DNA of 64,000 nucleotides from an uncultured Candidatus Rokubacteria bacterium (GTDB lineage Bacteria > Methylomirabilota > Methylomirabilia > Rokubacteriales > CSP1-6). Location of the stretch: assembly GCA_963762145.1 (NCBI GenBank), contig CAVXJS010000019.1, forward strand, positions 192,001-256,000, read 5' to 3'. The notes below the pieces were generated by a model that was not told the origin of the DNA, did not search any database, and worked only from the letters and a program-made list of their open reading frames with translations. Shown here one piece after another: positions 1 to 11,803 of this stretch (positions within the stretch are counted from its first letter, which is position 1; every line of letters begins with the position of its first letter). The position numbers and the translations under genes were made by a program.

Positions 1-443
1 CGGATGCTCTCGAGGATGCGCTGCTCGGTCTTCTCGCCGAAGCCCTTCACGGTTCGCACCCGCCCCGCCTCGCAGGCGGCCCGCAGGGCCTCGACGGTCT
101 CGACGCCCAGCGCGGCGTGGAGCGCCTGGATCTTGCGGAGCCCGAGGTTCGGGATCCGGCCGAGCTCGCGCGCTCCGGCGGGGAGCGCGCCACGGACCTT
201 CTCGAGGGTCTCCGAACGGCCGCCGCGGGCCAGGTCGGCGATGACCGCGGCCAAACCCGTCCCGATGCCGGCCAGCGTCGTCAGCCGGTCTTCGGCCACG
301 AGGCGCTCGAAATCCGGGTCGGTCAGGCGCTCCAGCACCCGGGCGCCGCGCTCGTACGCGCGGGCGCGGAACGGCTCGTGGGCGGTGAGGGCGAGCAGGT
401 CGGCCGTCTCGCTGAGCGCGCGCGCGATGGCAAGGCGATTCAT
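1..443 (-). CDS. polX: DNA polymerase X family (PolX), N-terminal part, runs off window edge
   Basis: Manual minus-strand translation from ATG at 443: MNRLAIARALSETADLLAL..EPFRARAYERGA..LAGIGTGLA..IPNLGLRKIQALHAALGVETVEALRAACEAGRVRTVKGFGEKTEQRIL. This is the 8-kDa lyase domain plus HhH motifs of bacterial PolX. Not in the ORF track. Confidence 0.88.
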   Translation of the reverse strand, partial: MNRLAIARALSETADLLALTAHEPFRARAYERGARVLERLTDPDFERLVAEDRLTTLAGIGTGLAAVIADLARGGRSETLEKVRGALPAGARELGRIPNLGLRKIQALHAALGVETVEALRAACEAGRVRTVKGFGEKTEQRILESI

Positions 444-574
444 CCAGGAACAGTTGAGCAAGTGACGTGCCGTCGCGCAACGAGTCGTCGCGTGGCCGGT
501 CGGGCGAGGGCCGGGCCCCCGGCCAGCCCTACGCTGCTGCGAGGTGAGGCGTTCCTACGCGGTAAGAACGGGCG

Positions 575-2624
575 TCACGCGCCGCCCGGATCGGCTGGGC
601 CGAGCACCCCGGAGTGCACCGCGCGAATCTCGATCAGCTCGCCGTCGCGGGGGGACAGCATGGCGAGGGCGTTCGGGGCGATCTCGCCGCGCCGGCCGTT
701 GCCGGGCAGGAGCGCGGTGACCCAGGCGCGCAGTGGCGCACCGCGCGGATTGACCAGCTCCACGATCGCGCCCGGGCCCACGTCGAGCGTGGCGGCGGTG
801 TCGGTGTCCAGCCGCAGGAGGCGGCCCCGCTCGGCGTCGAGATCGCCGACCGGCGTCAGGCGCACGCGCAGCCGGGCCGCGCGCTGCGTCTCGCGCCGGG
901 CCTGGGTCGCGCCGGTGTCCACCGCGCCGTCGCGCCAGATCACGCCGTAGACCCGCTCCGCGGCCGCCGGGGTGACGTAGCCTTCGGCGATGTCCGCGGC
1001 GACCGCCGCCGGCTCGCGGGCGAGGGGATCGCCGAAGCCGCCGCCGCCCGAGCTCTCCATCAGGAGCACGTCGTCGCGCCGGAGCGGGAAGCCGCCCACC
1101 TTGCCGGGCAGCGGGGAGGGCTGGATCGGCTGCCCACCGCGGCGCACCCAGAAGCGATTGGTCGCGCCCGAGCCGCCGCCGCAGACGCCGAAGGGCGGCA
1201 GGACCGCCTTCTCCGCGAGCACCGACAGCCGGCTCGACTCCACCAGGATGCGGACTTCCCGCGTGAGCCCGAGGCCACCGCGCCACTGTCCCGGCCCGCC
1301 CGAGTCCGTGCGCAGGGAGGTGCTCTCGATCAGCACGGGATAGAGCTGCTCCACCGCCTCGATGGGCTGGAGCGTGGTCATGTCGCTCTCGGTCCACGTG
1401 CGGACCGTGTTGCTGCCGTCGCCGCCGTGGAAGCCGCCGGTGCCGCCCGCCGGGTACTCGTAGAAGATGAACGTCTCGCCCGTGCGCGGATCGGGCCCGC
1501 CCACGTAGCAGTGATTGCCGCCGCCCTTGAGATCGCCGGCCACCCGTCCGTCCAGGGCCTGGGCCAGCGCGCCCATCACCGCGGTCTCCACGCAGTACTT
1601 GCACCTCGACCATGCCCCCGCACGGCGCCGGGGGGTTGGCGTTGACCACGGTCCCGGGCGGCGTGATGACGGTCAGCGGGCGAAACGCGCCCGAGTTCAC
1701 GTCGGTGCCGGGATCGAGGAAGGACTTGATGATGGTGAACGCGCCGGTCGGAGCCATCGCCGGGCCCACGTTGGTGGGCGCGGCGGCCTGGGGCGACGTC
1801 CCGGTGAGATCCACCGTGATCGCCTCGCCCGCGACGGTGACGCGCGCGCGGATGCTCAGCGGCTCGAGGCGCGTCCGTCCACCCTCGAGGTGCGCCTCGT
1901 AGGAGTACTGGCCGTCGGGCAAGGCGCCGATCGCGCGCCGCATGCGCAGCTCGGCGCGGTCCATCAGCTCCACCACCGCGGCCCGGACCACCGCGGCGCC
2001 GTAGCGCGCGGCGAGCGCTTCGACCCGCTCGGCCGCCTTGCGGCAGGTGCCGATCATGGCGTCGAAGTCGCCCTTGCGCTCGCGCGGCCCGCGCATGTTG
2101 TGGAAGATCAGATCGAGCGCGGCCTGGTTGGGCACGCCGCGGTCCACGATGCGGATGGGCGGGATGCGGACGCCTTCCTGGAAGATCTCGGTGGCGTCGC
2201 CGGAGAGGCTGCCCGGGCTCATCCCGCCCACGTCACCCCAGTGGGCGCGCACCACCGGGAAGACGAACAGCCGGCCGTCCGCGAAGAGCGGATAGATCAT
2301 GGCCACGTCGTTCAGGTGGGTGCCGCCGGTATAGGGGTCGTTGTGCAGGAAGATGTCGCCCGGGTGGATGTCGTCGCCGAACTTCTCCTTCACCGACTTC
2401 ATCGACCAGCTGATCGGCACGATGTGGAGCGGGTGGTCCTGGCCCTTGGACATCGCGACGAGCTGGGCGTCACCGTCCATGAGCACGCAGGAGAAGTCCT
2501 CGCCCTCGTAGAGGATCGAGGAATAGGCGGTGCGCACCAGGGTCACGCGCATCTCGCGCACGATCGAGGAGAAGGTCTCGCGCAGGACCTCCAGCGTGAT
2601 CGGGTCCACCGCGGGGGCGCTCAC
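575..2624 (-). CDS. Hydantoinase B/oxoprolinase family protein (one frameshift near 1600) with extra C-terminal domain
   Basis: VDPITLEVL..RTAYSSILYEGEDFS, HNDPYTGGTHLND, HWGDVGGMSPGS, EGVRIPP; continues in ORF 575..1591 with DSGGPGQWRGG and GGGGFGDP. Confidence 0.88.
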
Positions 2625-4660
2625 GCGCGGGCCTCCCGCTCGAACCGGAGATTGCCGTGGGCGTCCATCGCGCCGTGCCAGCCCGGCGGCACCACGGTGG
2701 TGGCTCCGAACTCCTCCACGATGGCGGGCCCGTGAAGCTCCGCCCCCTCGGGCAGGCGGTCGCGGTCCCACACCGGGCAGTCGTGCGCCCGGCCCTCGAA
2801 CCAGACCGGGCGACGCTCGGCCAGCGCGCTCGCCAGATCCGCGCCGGGCGCGACGTGGCGCGCCGCGGCTGGCTTGGGCACGAGGCCGTAGGCGGTCTGC
2901 CGCGCGTTCACCAGCTCGACGGCGGCCTGCGGGTTGGCGTGCCCGTAGGTGTCGCGATGCTGCCGGTGGAAGTCGGCCTCGATCCGATCTATCTGGAGGT
3001 CGGGGTCGGCGACCGGGGTGTTGAGCTCGAAGGCCTGGCCGCGGTAGCGGAGGTCCAGGGAGCGCAGGAGCTTCTGCTGGTCGGGCGCGAAGCCCTCGCG
3101 CTCGAGCTGCTGCCGCGCGACGGCCTCCATCTCCGCGAAGGCCAGGCGCAGGGCGGGGAGGCGCTCGCGGAGCGGGCCCACCCGCGTCCGGACGTCGTCG
3201 TGCTTGATGTCGGCGGCCAGCAGGCCAAGCGCCGAGAAGTTGCCCGGATGGCGGGGGACGAGAACGCGCGGGATGCCGATCTCCTCGGCCATGGCGAGGG
3301 CGTGCATCGGCCCCGCGCCCCCGAAGGCGATCAGCGTGAAGTCGCGCGGGTCGTGCCCACGCTGGATCGAGATCTCGCGGATCGCGGAGGTCATGCGCGC
3401 GACCGCGATCGTGACGACGCCCTCGGCGAGGGCCTCGACGCCGAGCGGCCGCTCCATCCGCGCCGCGAGGTCCGAGACGGCGCGGCGCGCCTGCGCCGGG
3501 TCGATCGCGATGCTGCCGCCCAGGCGGCGGCGCGTCCCGATGCGGCCGAGCACGACGTTGGCGTCGGTGACCGCGGGCTCGGTGCCGCCCTGGCCGTAGG
3601 CCGCCGGCCCCGGTGCGGCGCCCGCGCTCCGGGGGCCGACCTGGAGGCTCCCGTCCACGTCGAGCCAGGCGATGGAGCCTCCGCCGGCGCCCACCGTGTG
3701 CATGTCGATCTGAGAGACCTTGACCGGAAACGCGCCCACCATGGCGTCGGCGCTCATCAGGGGCTGGAGGTCGCGCACGAGGCACACGTCGGTCGAGGTC
3801 CCGCCCATGTCGTAGGTGATGAAGTCGCGGAGGCCCGCGGCCGCGCCCACGAAGCAGGCCTGGCTCACCCCGCCCGCCGGCCCCGAGAAGATGGTCTTGA
3901 TCGGCAGGCGGCGCGCGGTGTCGGTGGTCATCATGCCGCCGCTCGAGGCGACGGTGAGCACCCCGTAGGCGTAGCCGGTGGCGAGCAGGCGCTCCTCCAG
4001 GGAGGTGAGGTAGCCTTCCATGAGGGGCTGCAGGTACGCGTTCAGGACCGTCGTCGAGAACCGCTCGAACTCGCGGTACTCGGCCACCACGTCGGCCGAG
4101 CAGGAGACGGGCAGGCCGGGGGCGCGGCCCTTCACCGCGTCGGCCACGAGCCGCTCGTGCGCGGGATTGAGATAGGCGTGGAGCAGACAGACCGCCACCG
4201 CCTCCGCGTCGGCGGCGATGACGCCGTCGAGCGCGCGCTCGATGGAGGCCGGGTCGAGCGGGACCAGGACCGCGCCGTCGGGGCCGAGCCGCTCGGTCAC
4301 CTCGAAGCGGTGCTTGCGCTCCACCACCGGCTTCGGCCGCACGAACGTGGGGATGAACAGGGCGGGAATGTTCCGCTTGGTGCGGCCGATCTCGATCAGG
4401 TCGCGGAAGCCGCCGGTGGTCAGCAGGGCGACCCGCGCCCCGCGTCGCTCGAGCACCGCATTGGTGCCCACGGTGGTGCCGTGCACCAGGCGGCGCACGT
4501 CCGCGCTCGCGATGCCGAGGGCCGCGAGCCCGGCCAGTACCGCCTCCGCCTCGTGGCGAGGGCGCGACGGCACCTTGGTGACGACCACGCGGCCCGTCTC
4601 GGCATCCACCGCGGTGAGGTCGGTGAAGGTGCCGCCCACGTCGATGCCCACGATGTACAC
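2621..4660 (-). CDS. Hydantoinase A/oxoprolinase family protein
   Basis: GIDVGGTFTD, HGTTVGTNAVLER, SGPAGG, DMGGTSTDV, GPRSAGAAPGPAAYG, AFGGAGPMHA. Confidence 0.92.
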   Translation of the reverse strand: MYIVGIDVGGTFTDLTAVDAETGRVVVTKVPSRPRHEAEAVLAGLAALGIASADVRRLVHGTTVGTNAVLERRGARVALLTTGGFRDLIEIGRTKRNIPALFIPTFVRPKPVVERKHRFEVTERLGPDGAVLVPLDPASIERALDGVIAADAEAVAVCLLHAYLNPAHERLVADAVKGRAPGLPVSCSADVVAEYREFERFSTTVLNAYLQPLMEGYLTSLEERLLATGYAYGVLTVASSGGMMTTDTARRLPIKTIFSGPAGGVSQACFVGAAAGLRDFITYDMGGTSTDVCLVRDLQPLMSADAMVGAFPVKVSQIDMHTVGAGGGSIAWLDVDGSLQVGPRSAGAAPGPAAYGQGGTEPAVTDANVVLGRIGTRRRLGGSIAIDPAQARRAVSDLAARMERPLGVEALAEGVVTIAVARMTSAIREISIQRGHDPRDFTLIAFGGAGPMHALAMAEEIGIPRVLVPRHPGNFSALGLLAADIKHDDVRTRVGPLRERLPALRLAFAEMEAVARQQLEREGFAPDQQKLLRSLDLRYRGQAFELNTPVADPDLQIDRIEADFHRQHRDTYGHANPQAAVELVNARQTAYGLVPKPAAARHVAPGADLASALAERRPVWFEGRAHDCPVWDRDRLPEGAELHGPAIVEEFGATTVVPPGWHGAMDAHGNLRFEREARA

Positions 4661-4662
4661 GG

Positions 4663-5769
4663 TCAGAGCTCCGCCGCGTCGAGCACGCCCTGAGCCGCCC
4701 GCACGAGGCACGGGGCGCGGTCGGCGATGTGCGCCATGCGCGGGTCGGTGGACTCGCCGCGCACCCAGCGGCGGTGGAGCTGCACCACGACGACCACCGT
4801 CTTCCAGAGCGCGAAGGCCTCCCACCAGCTCACCGCGCCGGGATCGACGCCGGTCCGCGTGATGTAGCGGGCGGTGATCTCCGCGCGCGTTGGCAGGCCC
4901 ATGAGGGCGAGCCCCGGGCGCGTCCCGCGCTGGGTGGCCGCGGTGTCGGTGGGATCGGGCCAGTAGTTGAGCAGGGTGCCGAGGTCCACGAGCGGGTCGC
5001 CGAGGGTGGTCATGTCCCAGTCGAAGATCGAGGTCACGCGGTCGGGGTTCTCCGGGGCGAACTGGCAGTTGTCGAGCTTGAGATCGTTGTGGACGATGGA
5101 CGCCCGGCTCGGCGTCGGGCGGCGGGCGGCCAGGCGCGCGTGGATGCGCTCCATCTCGTCGGTGGCGTCGTCGGGCCGGGCGAGCGACCAGCGCTTGGCC
5201 CAGCCATCGAGCTGGCGGTCCACGAAGCCCTCGGGGCGGCCGAGCTCGCCGAGTCCGCACGCCGCGGGCGAGAGGGCGTGGAGGTCGGCCATCGCGTCGA
5301 CGAGGGCGAAGGCGAGTGCGGCGGCCGGCGTGGGGATGCGCGCCCAGGGCGGCGCGGCAGCGTGTCGCGGACGACCTCGCCGCGGCGGCGCTCCATCACG
5401 AAGAAGTCGGCGCCCAGCACCGCGGGGTCGTCGCAGAAGAGATAGCCGCGCGGGGCGCCGGTCGAAGTGCGGCCAGAGCCGCGAGAGCACCTTGTACTCG
5501 CGCTTCATGTCGTGGGCACCCGGCGCGATCTCGCCGAACGGAGGCCGGCGCAGCACCACCTCGTGAGGCGCCCAGCCGGAGCAGATACGTCAGGTTGGCC
5601 GAGCCGTTCGGGAACTGGAGCACCTCGAGAGGGCCGCGCGCGGCCGGGCAGCACCTCGGCGAGCCGCGGGGCGCAGCCACGCCTCGAGCGCGGCCCAGTC
5701 GAGCTGCTCGCCGGGGCGGACCGGCGCGACCTCGGCCGGCGCCTCGACCGCGGACGGGGGAAGGGTCAG
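4663..5769 (-). CDS. Phosphotransferase (APH/ACAD10-11-like) family protein, several frameshifts
   Basis: Pieces in different frames: VRPGEQLDWAAL, QFPNGSANLTYLL, VLRRPPFG..AHDMKRE, HNDLKLDN, DWDMTTLGDPLVDLG. Confidence 0.8.
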
Positions 5770-6533
5770 GCGACTCCTCCGTGGATGCCGAGCACCGCGC
5801 CGGTGGTGAAGCTGGAGGCGGCTCGAGGCGAAGTAGAGCGCGGCGCCGACGACCTCCTCCGGCTCGCCCCCGCGGCCGAGCGCCATCGTCGCCCGGGCGC
5901 GCTCGCGGAACGCCTCGAGGTCCCAGGCCTTCGAGATGTCGGTGAGGAACGGGCCCGGCATGATGCAGTTCACGCGCACGGTCGGGCCCGAAGGCGCGGG
6001 CGAAGCCCACGGTCATCGCGTTGACGCGCGGCCTTGGCCGCCGCGTAGGGGATGACGTTGGCGGTGGGACGGATCGCGGACGTGCTCGAGACCATGATGA
6101 TGGACCCGCCCGCGCCGGCCGCCATGCGCGCGCCCACCATCGCGGTGAGCCGGAACGGGCCCTTCAGGTTCACGTCGAGCACCTTGTCCTAGAGATCCTC
6201 GGTCACGTTCTCGATGCGGTCGTAGAGCGGGGACATGCCCGCGTTGTTGACCAGCACGTCGACGCGGCCGAACTCCGTGTACGCGGTCTCCGCGAGCGCT
6301 TCCACCTGGCCCCAGTGGCCGACGTGGCAGGCGACCGGGAGCGCGCGCCGGCCGGTGGCCTGGCGCACCTCGGACGCGGTCGCCTCGCAGGACGCGAGCT
6401 TGCGGCTCGCGATGATCACGTCGGCGCCGGCCTGGGCGAAGGCCAGCACCATCGCCCGGCCGAGCCCGCGGCTGCCGCCGGTGACGAGCGCGACCTTGCC
6501 GCTCAGATCGAAGAGACCGGAGGAGCCGGCCAT
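5766..6533 (-). CDS. SDR family oxidoreductase, frameshifted
   Basis: TGGSRGLG, VLVNNAG, YAAAKA, RVNCIMPG spread over ORFs 6189..6533, 5970..6182 and 5590..5979. Confidence 0.85.
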
Positions 6534-6537
6534 GCGA

Positions 6538-7254
6538 TCAGCAGCCGAGCTTCAGGGCGAGCTCCACGAAATCGCTCGCCACCACGTCGAACGGCTGCCC
6601 GGCTCCGGCTGCGAACCGGGGCGGCCGGGCCCGAACTCGAGCGGGCGCGGCACGAAGGCGGTGCGCAGGCCGCAGCGCGCCGCCGCGGCCAGATCCGCCG
6701 GGTGGGCGGCCACCATGAGGCACTGCTCGGGGCGGAGCCCCAGGGCCTCGGCGCTGCGCAGGTAGGCCTCGGGGGTCGGCTTGTAGCGCGCGCGCGGCCT
6801 CGGCGCCGAGGATCGCGTCCCACGGCAGCCCCGCGCGCTTGGCCATGTCCACCATGAGCGCGATGTTGCCGTTCGAGAGCGTGGCCAGGGTGAAGCGCTG
6901 CTTGAGGCGGGTGAGACCGGGGACCGCGTCGGGCCACGGATCCAGCCGGTGCCAGGCATAGTTCAGGTGATCGATCTCGGCCGGGGAGACGCCGGTGATG
7001 CCGAAGTCCCCCAGCAGCCGCACGAGGCTCTCGCGGTGGAGCTCGTCGAGCTTCGCCCACGGGCGCCGCCCGCTGCGGACCTCCTCCATCGCGGGCTGGT
7101 AGAGGCCCCGCCAGGCGTCGGCGAACTTGGCCCAGTCCACCGAGAGCTTCCGGGGCTTGCCGAACGCCTCGCCCTCCCGGGTGACGCTGGTGCGCCAGTC
7201 CACGACGGTGCCGAAGACGTCGAAGGTGAGCGCGCTGATCGAGGATGGGTCCAT
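6538..7254 (-). CDS. Haloacid dehalogenase type II (local frameshifts near 6790 and 6600)
   Basis: FDVFGTVVDWR, LATLSNGN; YKPTPEAY and MVAAHPADL in the alternate frame. Confidence 0.85.
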   Translation of the reverse strand: MDPSSISALTFDVFGTVVDWRTSVTREGEAFGKPRKLSVDWAKFADAWRGLYQPAMEEVRSGRRPWAKLDELHRESLVRLLGDFGITGVSPAEIDHLNYAWHRLDPWPDAVPGLTRLKQRFTLATLSNGNIALMVDMAKRAGLPWDAILGAEAARALQADPRGLPAQRRGPGAPPRAVPHGGRPPGGSGRGGALRPAHRLRAAPARVRARPPRFAAGAGQPFDVVASDFVELALKLGC

Positions 7255-7383
7255 GGTGGTCTCCCGTGAGGTGGCTCTCGTCGGGGATGCTACGACGGCC
7301 GGATGGGCAAGGCAAGCCGCGGCGAGGGCCGGGGCCGTGCTAATGTCGGCGGCGATTCACCACTACGAACCGGGAGGGCGACC

Positions 7384-7701
7384 ATGCTCGCGATCTGGGT
7401 GAAGGTGAAGATCAAGGCGGCGATGCGGGACAAGTTCCTGAAGGCCATCGAGGCCGACGCGCTGGGCTCGGAGCGGGACGAGCCGGGCTGCCTGCGCTTC
7501 AACGTGCTGCAGGACGAGAAGGACGAGAACGTGTACTACTTCTACGAGGTCTACAAGGACCAGGCCGCGCTCGAGGCGCACCGCAACACGCCGCACTACG
7601 CGATCTGGCGCGGGGTGGCCGACGTGCTCGAGGGCCCGACCGAGCCCACCCGCTGCAAGCCGGTGTTCCCGGCGGCCCGCCAGTACTGGGGAAAGGTCTA
7701 A
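7384..7701 (+). CDS. ABM-domain protein (putative quinol monooxygenase/LsrG-like)
   Basis: EPGCLRFNVLQD..FYEVYKDQAALEAHRNTPHY; GGAGG RBS before ATG 7384. Confidence 0.85.
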   Translation: MLAIWVKVKIKAAMRDKFLKAIEADALGSERDEPGCLRFNVLQDEKDENVYYFYEVYKDQAALEAHRNTPHYAIWRGVADVLEGPTEPTRCKPVFPAARQYWGKV

Positions 7702-7720
7702 CTTAGCGACCCTCGATCGC

Positions 7721-8276
7721 TTACCGCTCGCCCTTCGCGCGGTTGGCGACCTCGACGGTCTGCTTGTCGACGTCGAAGCGGTGGGTCTCCTTCGGACTCC
7801 ACGTCGCCGCCGGTGACGCGGATGAAGAAGGTGTCGTCGCCGAACTCGATGGAGTGGATGTCGCCCACCGCGAAGGCGGCGGCGTGGCCGGGCTCGTTCA
7901 TGAACTCGCGCTGCAGCGTGAGCTCGGCGTGGCCCGGCCGGCTGCCGTCGTCCAGGCGGCGCCAGCGACGCATGCGCGTGGCGTTCTGGTAGTTGCCGTA
8001 GACCACCCAGCAGGGGCCGTGGTCGTGCACCGAGGACTTGCTGGCCTTCGGGCGCGCGTGGACGAGCACGTGCACGTCGGTCTCCGGATCGTGGCCGATG
8101 GTGGCGCGCTCGACGTAGGGCACCGGATCTCCCAGGTGCTTCTTGAGCAGCTCCGGGTTGTGCAGGAGCTTCTCCAGGTGATCGCGGATCTCGGCCAGGC
8201 CGGTCGGGATGCCCTTGGTCTGGATGGTGGCGCGCGTGTCGGCGAGGAACTGATCGAGGGAGTAGGTCGTGTCCAT
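7721..8276 (-). CDS. Cysteine dioxygenase-like cupin (frameshift near 7790)
   Basis: SVHDHGPCWVVYG...GDIHSI cupin metal motif; alternate-frame C-terminus ends at TAA 7721. Confidence 0.65.
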
Positions 8277-8335
8277 GGCCGCCCTCCTTGGGTGACGGCC
8301 GAATCATAGCAGAACGTCGTGTACAATGAACTCCC

Positions 8336-9563
8336 GTGTCCGCTCCCACCGATCGTCCCGATTTCCGCCCCGGGTTTCGCAATGACGTTCGTGTCATCGG
8401 CCTCATCAGCGCCGCCCATTTCTTCAGCCACTTCTTCCAGCTCACGCTGCCCCCGCTCTTCCCGCTGCTGAAGGAGGTCTGGGGCGTGCCGTACGTGGCG
8501 CTCGGCCTCGCCATGAGCGTGTTCTACGCCGCGTCCGGCATCGGCCAGCCCCTCTCCGGCTTCCTGGTGGATCGGCTGGGCGCGCACCGGGTCCTGCTGG
8601 GCGGGATGGCGCTCTTCTCCGCCTCGATCGTGCTGGCCGGTCTCGTGCCGGTCTACTGGCTGCTGCTGCCGGTGGCGCTGCTGGCCGGGCTCGGCAACAG
8701 CGTGTTCCATCCCGCGGACTATTCGATCCTGAACGCGTCGGTGGACCCGCGGCGGATCGGGCGCGGCTACAGCGTGCACTCGATCTCCGGCAATCTCGGC
8801 TGGGCGGTGGCGCCCATCGTGGTGGTCGGCCTCACCGCGCACTTCGGCTGGCGCGTGGCGCTGGTGACGGTGGGCGCGGCCGGGCTGGCGGTGGTCGCGG
8901 TGCTGGCGACGCAGCTTCGCGCCTTCACGGGCGGGCGGCCGGCGGAGCGGGCCCGGAGCACGACGGGATACGGGGTGCGCCTGCTGCTGACCGCGCCGAT
9001 CCTGTCCGCGTTCGCCTACTTCGCGCTGATCGCCACCGCGCTGATCGGTCTGCAGACCTTCGGCGTCACCACGCTGATGCGGATCTACGACACGCCGCTG
9101 TCGGTGGCCACCGGTGCGCTGACCGCGTTCCTGGTGGGTGGGGCCGCGGGCATCCTGGCCGGCGGCCTGCTGGCCGACCGCACGCGGCGGCACGATATCG
9201 TCGCGGTGGCGGGGCTGATCACGGCCGCCGGATTCATGATGCTGCTGGCTACCGGCGCGCTGGCCCCGGCGATGCTGCCGATCGTGCTCGGCGCTGACCG
9301 GTCTCTGCCACGGGGCGACCGGGCCCTCGCGCGACATGCTGGTGCGGTCGGCCACGCCGCCGGGCGCCTCCGGCAAGGTGTTCGGCTTCGTCTACTCCGG
9401 GCTCGACCTGGGCGCCTGCCTCACGCCGCTCGCCTTCGGCTGGCTCCTCGACCACGGTGACCCGCGTCTGCTCTTCGTCGCGGTCGGCATCCTGATGCTC
9501 TTCACCATCGCCACCGTCGTCCAGGTCCGCCGCAACGCCCAGCCCGCCCCCGCCAGCGCCTAG
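8336..9563 (+). CDS. MFS transporter (Fsr-like), frameshift near 9290
   Basis: AAHFFSHFFQL, GFLVDRLG, GLGNSVFHP, GGLLADR; C-terminus in ORF 9336..9563. Confidence 0.88.
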
Positions 9564-9580
9564 CCTGGGGCGCCTAGCCC

Positions 9581-9664
9581 GGGGTCAGGTCTTGAATTAC
9601 GACATTTCTCTCCCCGTCCGTTTCTCACTCGCCAGAAGAATGTCGTATTTCAAGACCTGACCCC
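9581..9664. repeat. 84-bp REPIN/MITE-like inverted-repeat element, copy 1
   Basis: GGGGTCAGGTCTTGAATTACGACATT (9581-9606), 32-bp spacer, AATGTCGTATTTCAAGACCTGACCCC (9639-9664); 1 mismatch between arms. Confidence 0.9.
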
Positions 9665-9667
9665 GGA

Positions 9668-10635
9668 CTAGAACCAGCGGGATTTGTCCACCACGTTGCG
9701 AAGGGGCTGGTCGGCCAGGAAGCGGCGGCAGTTGTCGAGCAGGATCTCGCAGCGGCGATCGTCGAGATAGGGACCGTAGCCCGCGGTGTGCGGGGTGATC
9801 AGCACGTTCGGGGTCGTCCAGAGCGGGTGATCGGCGGGCAGGGGCTCCTGCTCGAAGACGTCGAGCGCGGCGCCCGCGATCTCCCCGGCCCGCAGGGCCG
9901 CGACCAGGTCGTCGAGCCGCGTGGTCAGGCCCCGCCCGATGTTGATGAAGAACGCGCTCCGCTTCATGCGCTGAAAGCGCGCGCGATGCATGAAGCCCTG
10001 GGTCTCCGGCGTGTGCGGCACCGTGAGGATGACGAAGTCGGCCTCGGGGAGGAGGCTGTCGAGCGCGTCCGGGCCGTCGAGCTTGGACACGCCGGGCGGC
10101 GCATCGCGCCGCCGCGCGTCGATGCCGATCACGCGCATGCCGAAGGCCTCCGCCAGCCGCGCCGCCTCGCTGCCGATGCCGCCCACGCCCACGATCAGCG
10201 CGGTGGCCTCGGGCAGGTGCACCACGCCGGTATCGGACGGCGCGGGCTTCCACTCGCGCCGGAGCTGGAGCGGCAGGTAGTGGTGGAGCCCGCGCGCGAA
10301 GGCCAGCACGAAGGCCATGATGTGCGCGCCGATGTGGTCGTTGTAGATCTCGCGGAAGTTGGTGACCACCACCGGGTGCGCGATCAGCTCGTCGTGGTAG
10401 TAGCCGGCGGGCGGCGCGGCCTGCGGCGCCTGCAGCCACCGGAGCCGGCCGGCCTGGCGCGAGCAGCGCCGGCGTCGGCGTGCCGAAGGCGGCCTCGGCG
10501 CGGCCGATCTCGCGCGCGGCCTGCGCCTCGTCCTCTGCGACGACGACGGTCAGCTCGGGCAGGGCGGCGCGCACGCGCGCGGCCCAGGCGCGGGTCGTCG
10601 CGGTCTGGGGCGGGAAGCATCAGCAGGGTGGTCAT
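9668..10635 (-). CDS. D-2-hydroxyacid dehydrogenase (N-terminal frameshifts)
   Basis: GVGGIG, VPHTPET, FINIGRG, ALDVFEQEPL, TPHTAG; N-terminus MTTLLML from 10635. Confidence 0.88.
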
Positions 10636-10703
10636 GGCCCCACACCATACCACCCGCGGTCGATTTGGAGACAGACCGGCCGGGGCGCTACGATCGAAAG
10701 AGC

Positions 10704-11791
10704 ATGGCGAGCCGGATCGGCGTCCTCGGCTGGGTCACCGGCGTGCTCTCGGCGGTGCTGGGCGCGCTCGCCTTCGGGGCGGTGCTCTGCCTCTGGTTTC
10801 CCGCCGTCCTCACCACGCCCGCGCTGCGCGACGTCTATCCGATGGAGATCGTGCGGACCACGATCAAGATCACGCTCGGGGTGGCCTTTGTCCTCGGCCT
10901 GCTGAGCATCTTCCTGAAGCGCCGCAAGGCGCTGGGCCTCACCGGGGCCGGGCTGGCGCTGCTGGCCACGCTCATGGGCGGGCTCCGAGGTGGCGGTGGC
11001 CACGCCGGTGGCGCGCGGGAGCCACGTGGGCCTCGACTGGTTCCTGCTCGATCTCTTCCTGCTCTCCGCCATCTTCGTGCCGATCGAGCTGCTCTTCGGC
11101 CGGCTGCGCCAGCAGCCGATCTTCCGGCCCGAGTGGCGGACGGACCTCTGGCACTTCGGGGTGAGCCATCTGCTCGTGCAGCTCACCGTGTTCCTGACCA
11201 TGGCGCCCGCCGCGATCTTCTTCCGCTGGGCGGTGGCCCCGGAGCTGCAAAGCTGCGGTGGCCGCGCAGCCGCTGGCGCTGCAGTTCGTCGAGGTCCTGC
11301 TGGTCGCCGATCTCACCCAGTACACGGTGCACCGTCTCTTCCACCAGGTGCCCTGGCTCTGGCGCTTCCACGCGATCCACCACTCGAGCCGGCAGATGGA
11401 CTGGCTGGCCGGCTCGCGCCTGCACCTGGTGGACATCGTGGTGACGCGCGGGCTGTCGTTCGTGCCGCTCTACGTGCTCGGCTTCGCCCAGGGCGCGGTC
11501 TTCGCGTACGTGCTCTTCGTGTCGTTCCAGGCGGTGCTGATCCACGCCAACGTGAGCTGGCGGTTCGGGCCGGTCCGCCACCTCCTGGCCACGCCCCAGT
11601 ACCACCACTGGCATCACGCGGTCGAGCCGGTGGACGTCAACTTCGCCGTGCACCTGCCGGTGATCGACCGGATCTTCGGCACGCAGTACCTGCCGCGCGA
11701 CCGCTGGCCCGAGGCCTACGGCCTCGCCGGCGCGGCGGTGCCCGCCGACTACTGGAGCCAGCTCGCCTATCCCTTCCGGCGCACGCGCTGA
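10704..11791 (+). CDS. Sterol desaturase/fatty acid hydroxylase family membrane protein (frameshifts near 10985 and 11250)
   Basis: His boxes HRLFH, HAIHHS, IHAN, HHWHH. Confidence 0.85.
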
Positions 11792-11803
11792 CGGACGGCG
11801 CGG

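Noticed and set aside
555-3785. 1076-aa ORF as a fused oxoprolinase
   Set aside because: Only the part from 2624 to about 1600 is HyuB; the rest is off-frame overlap
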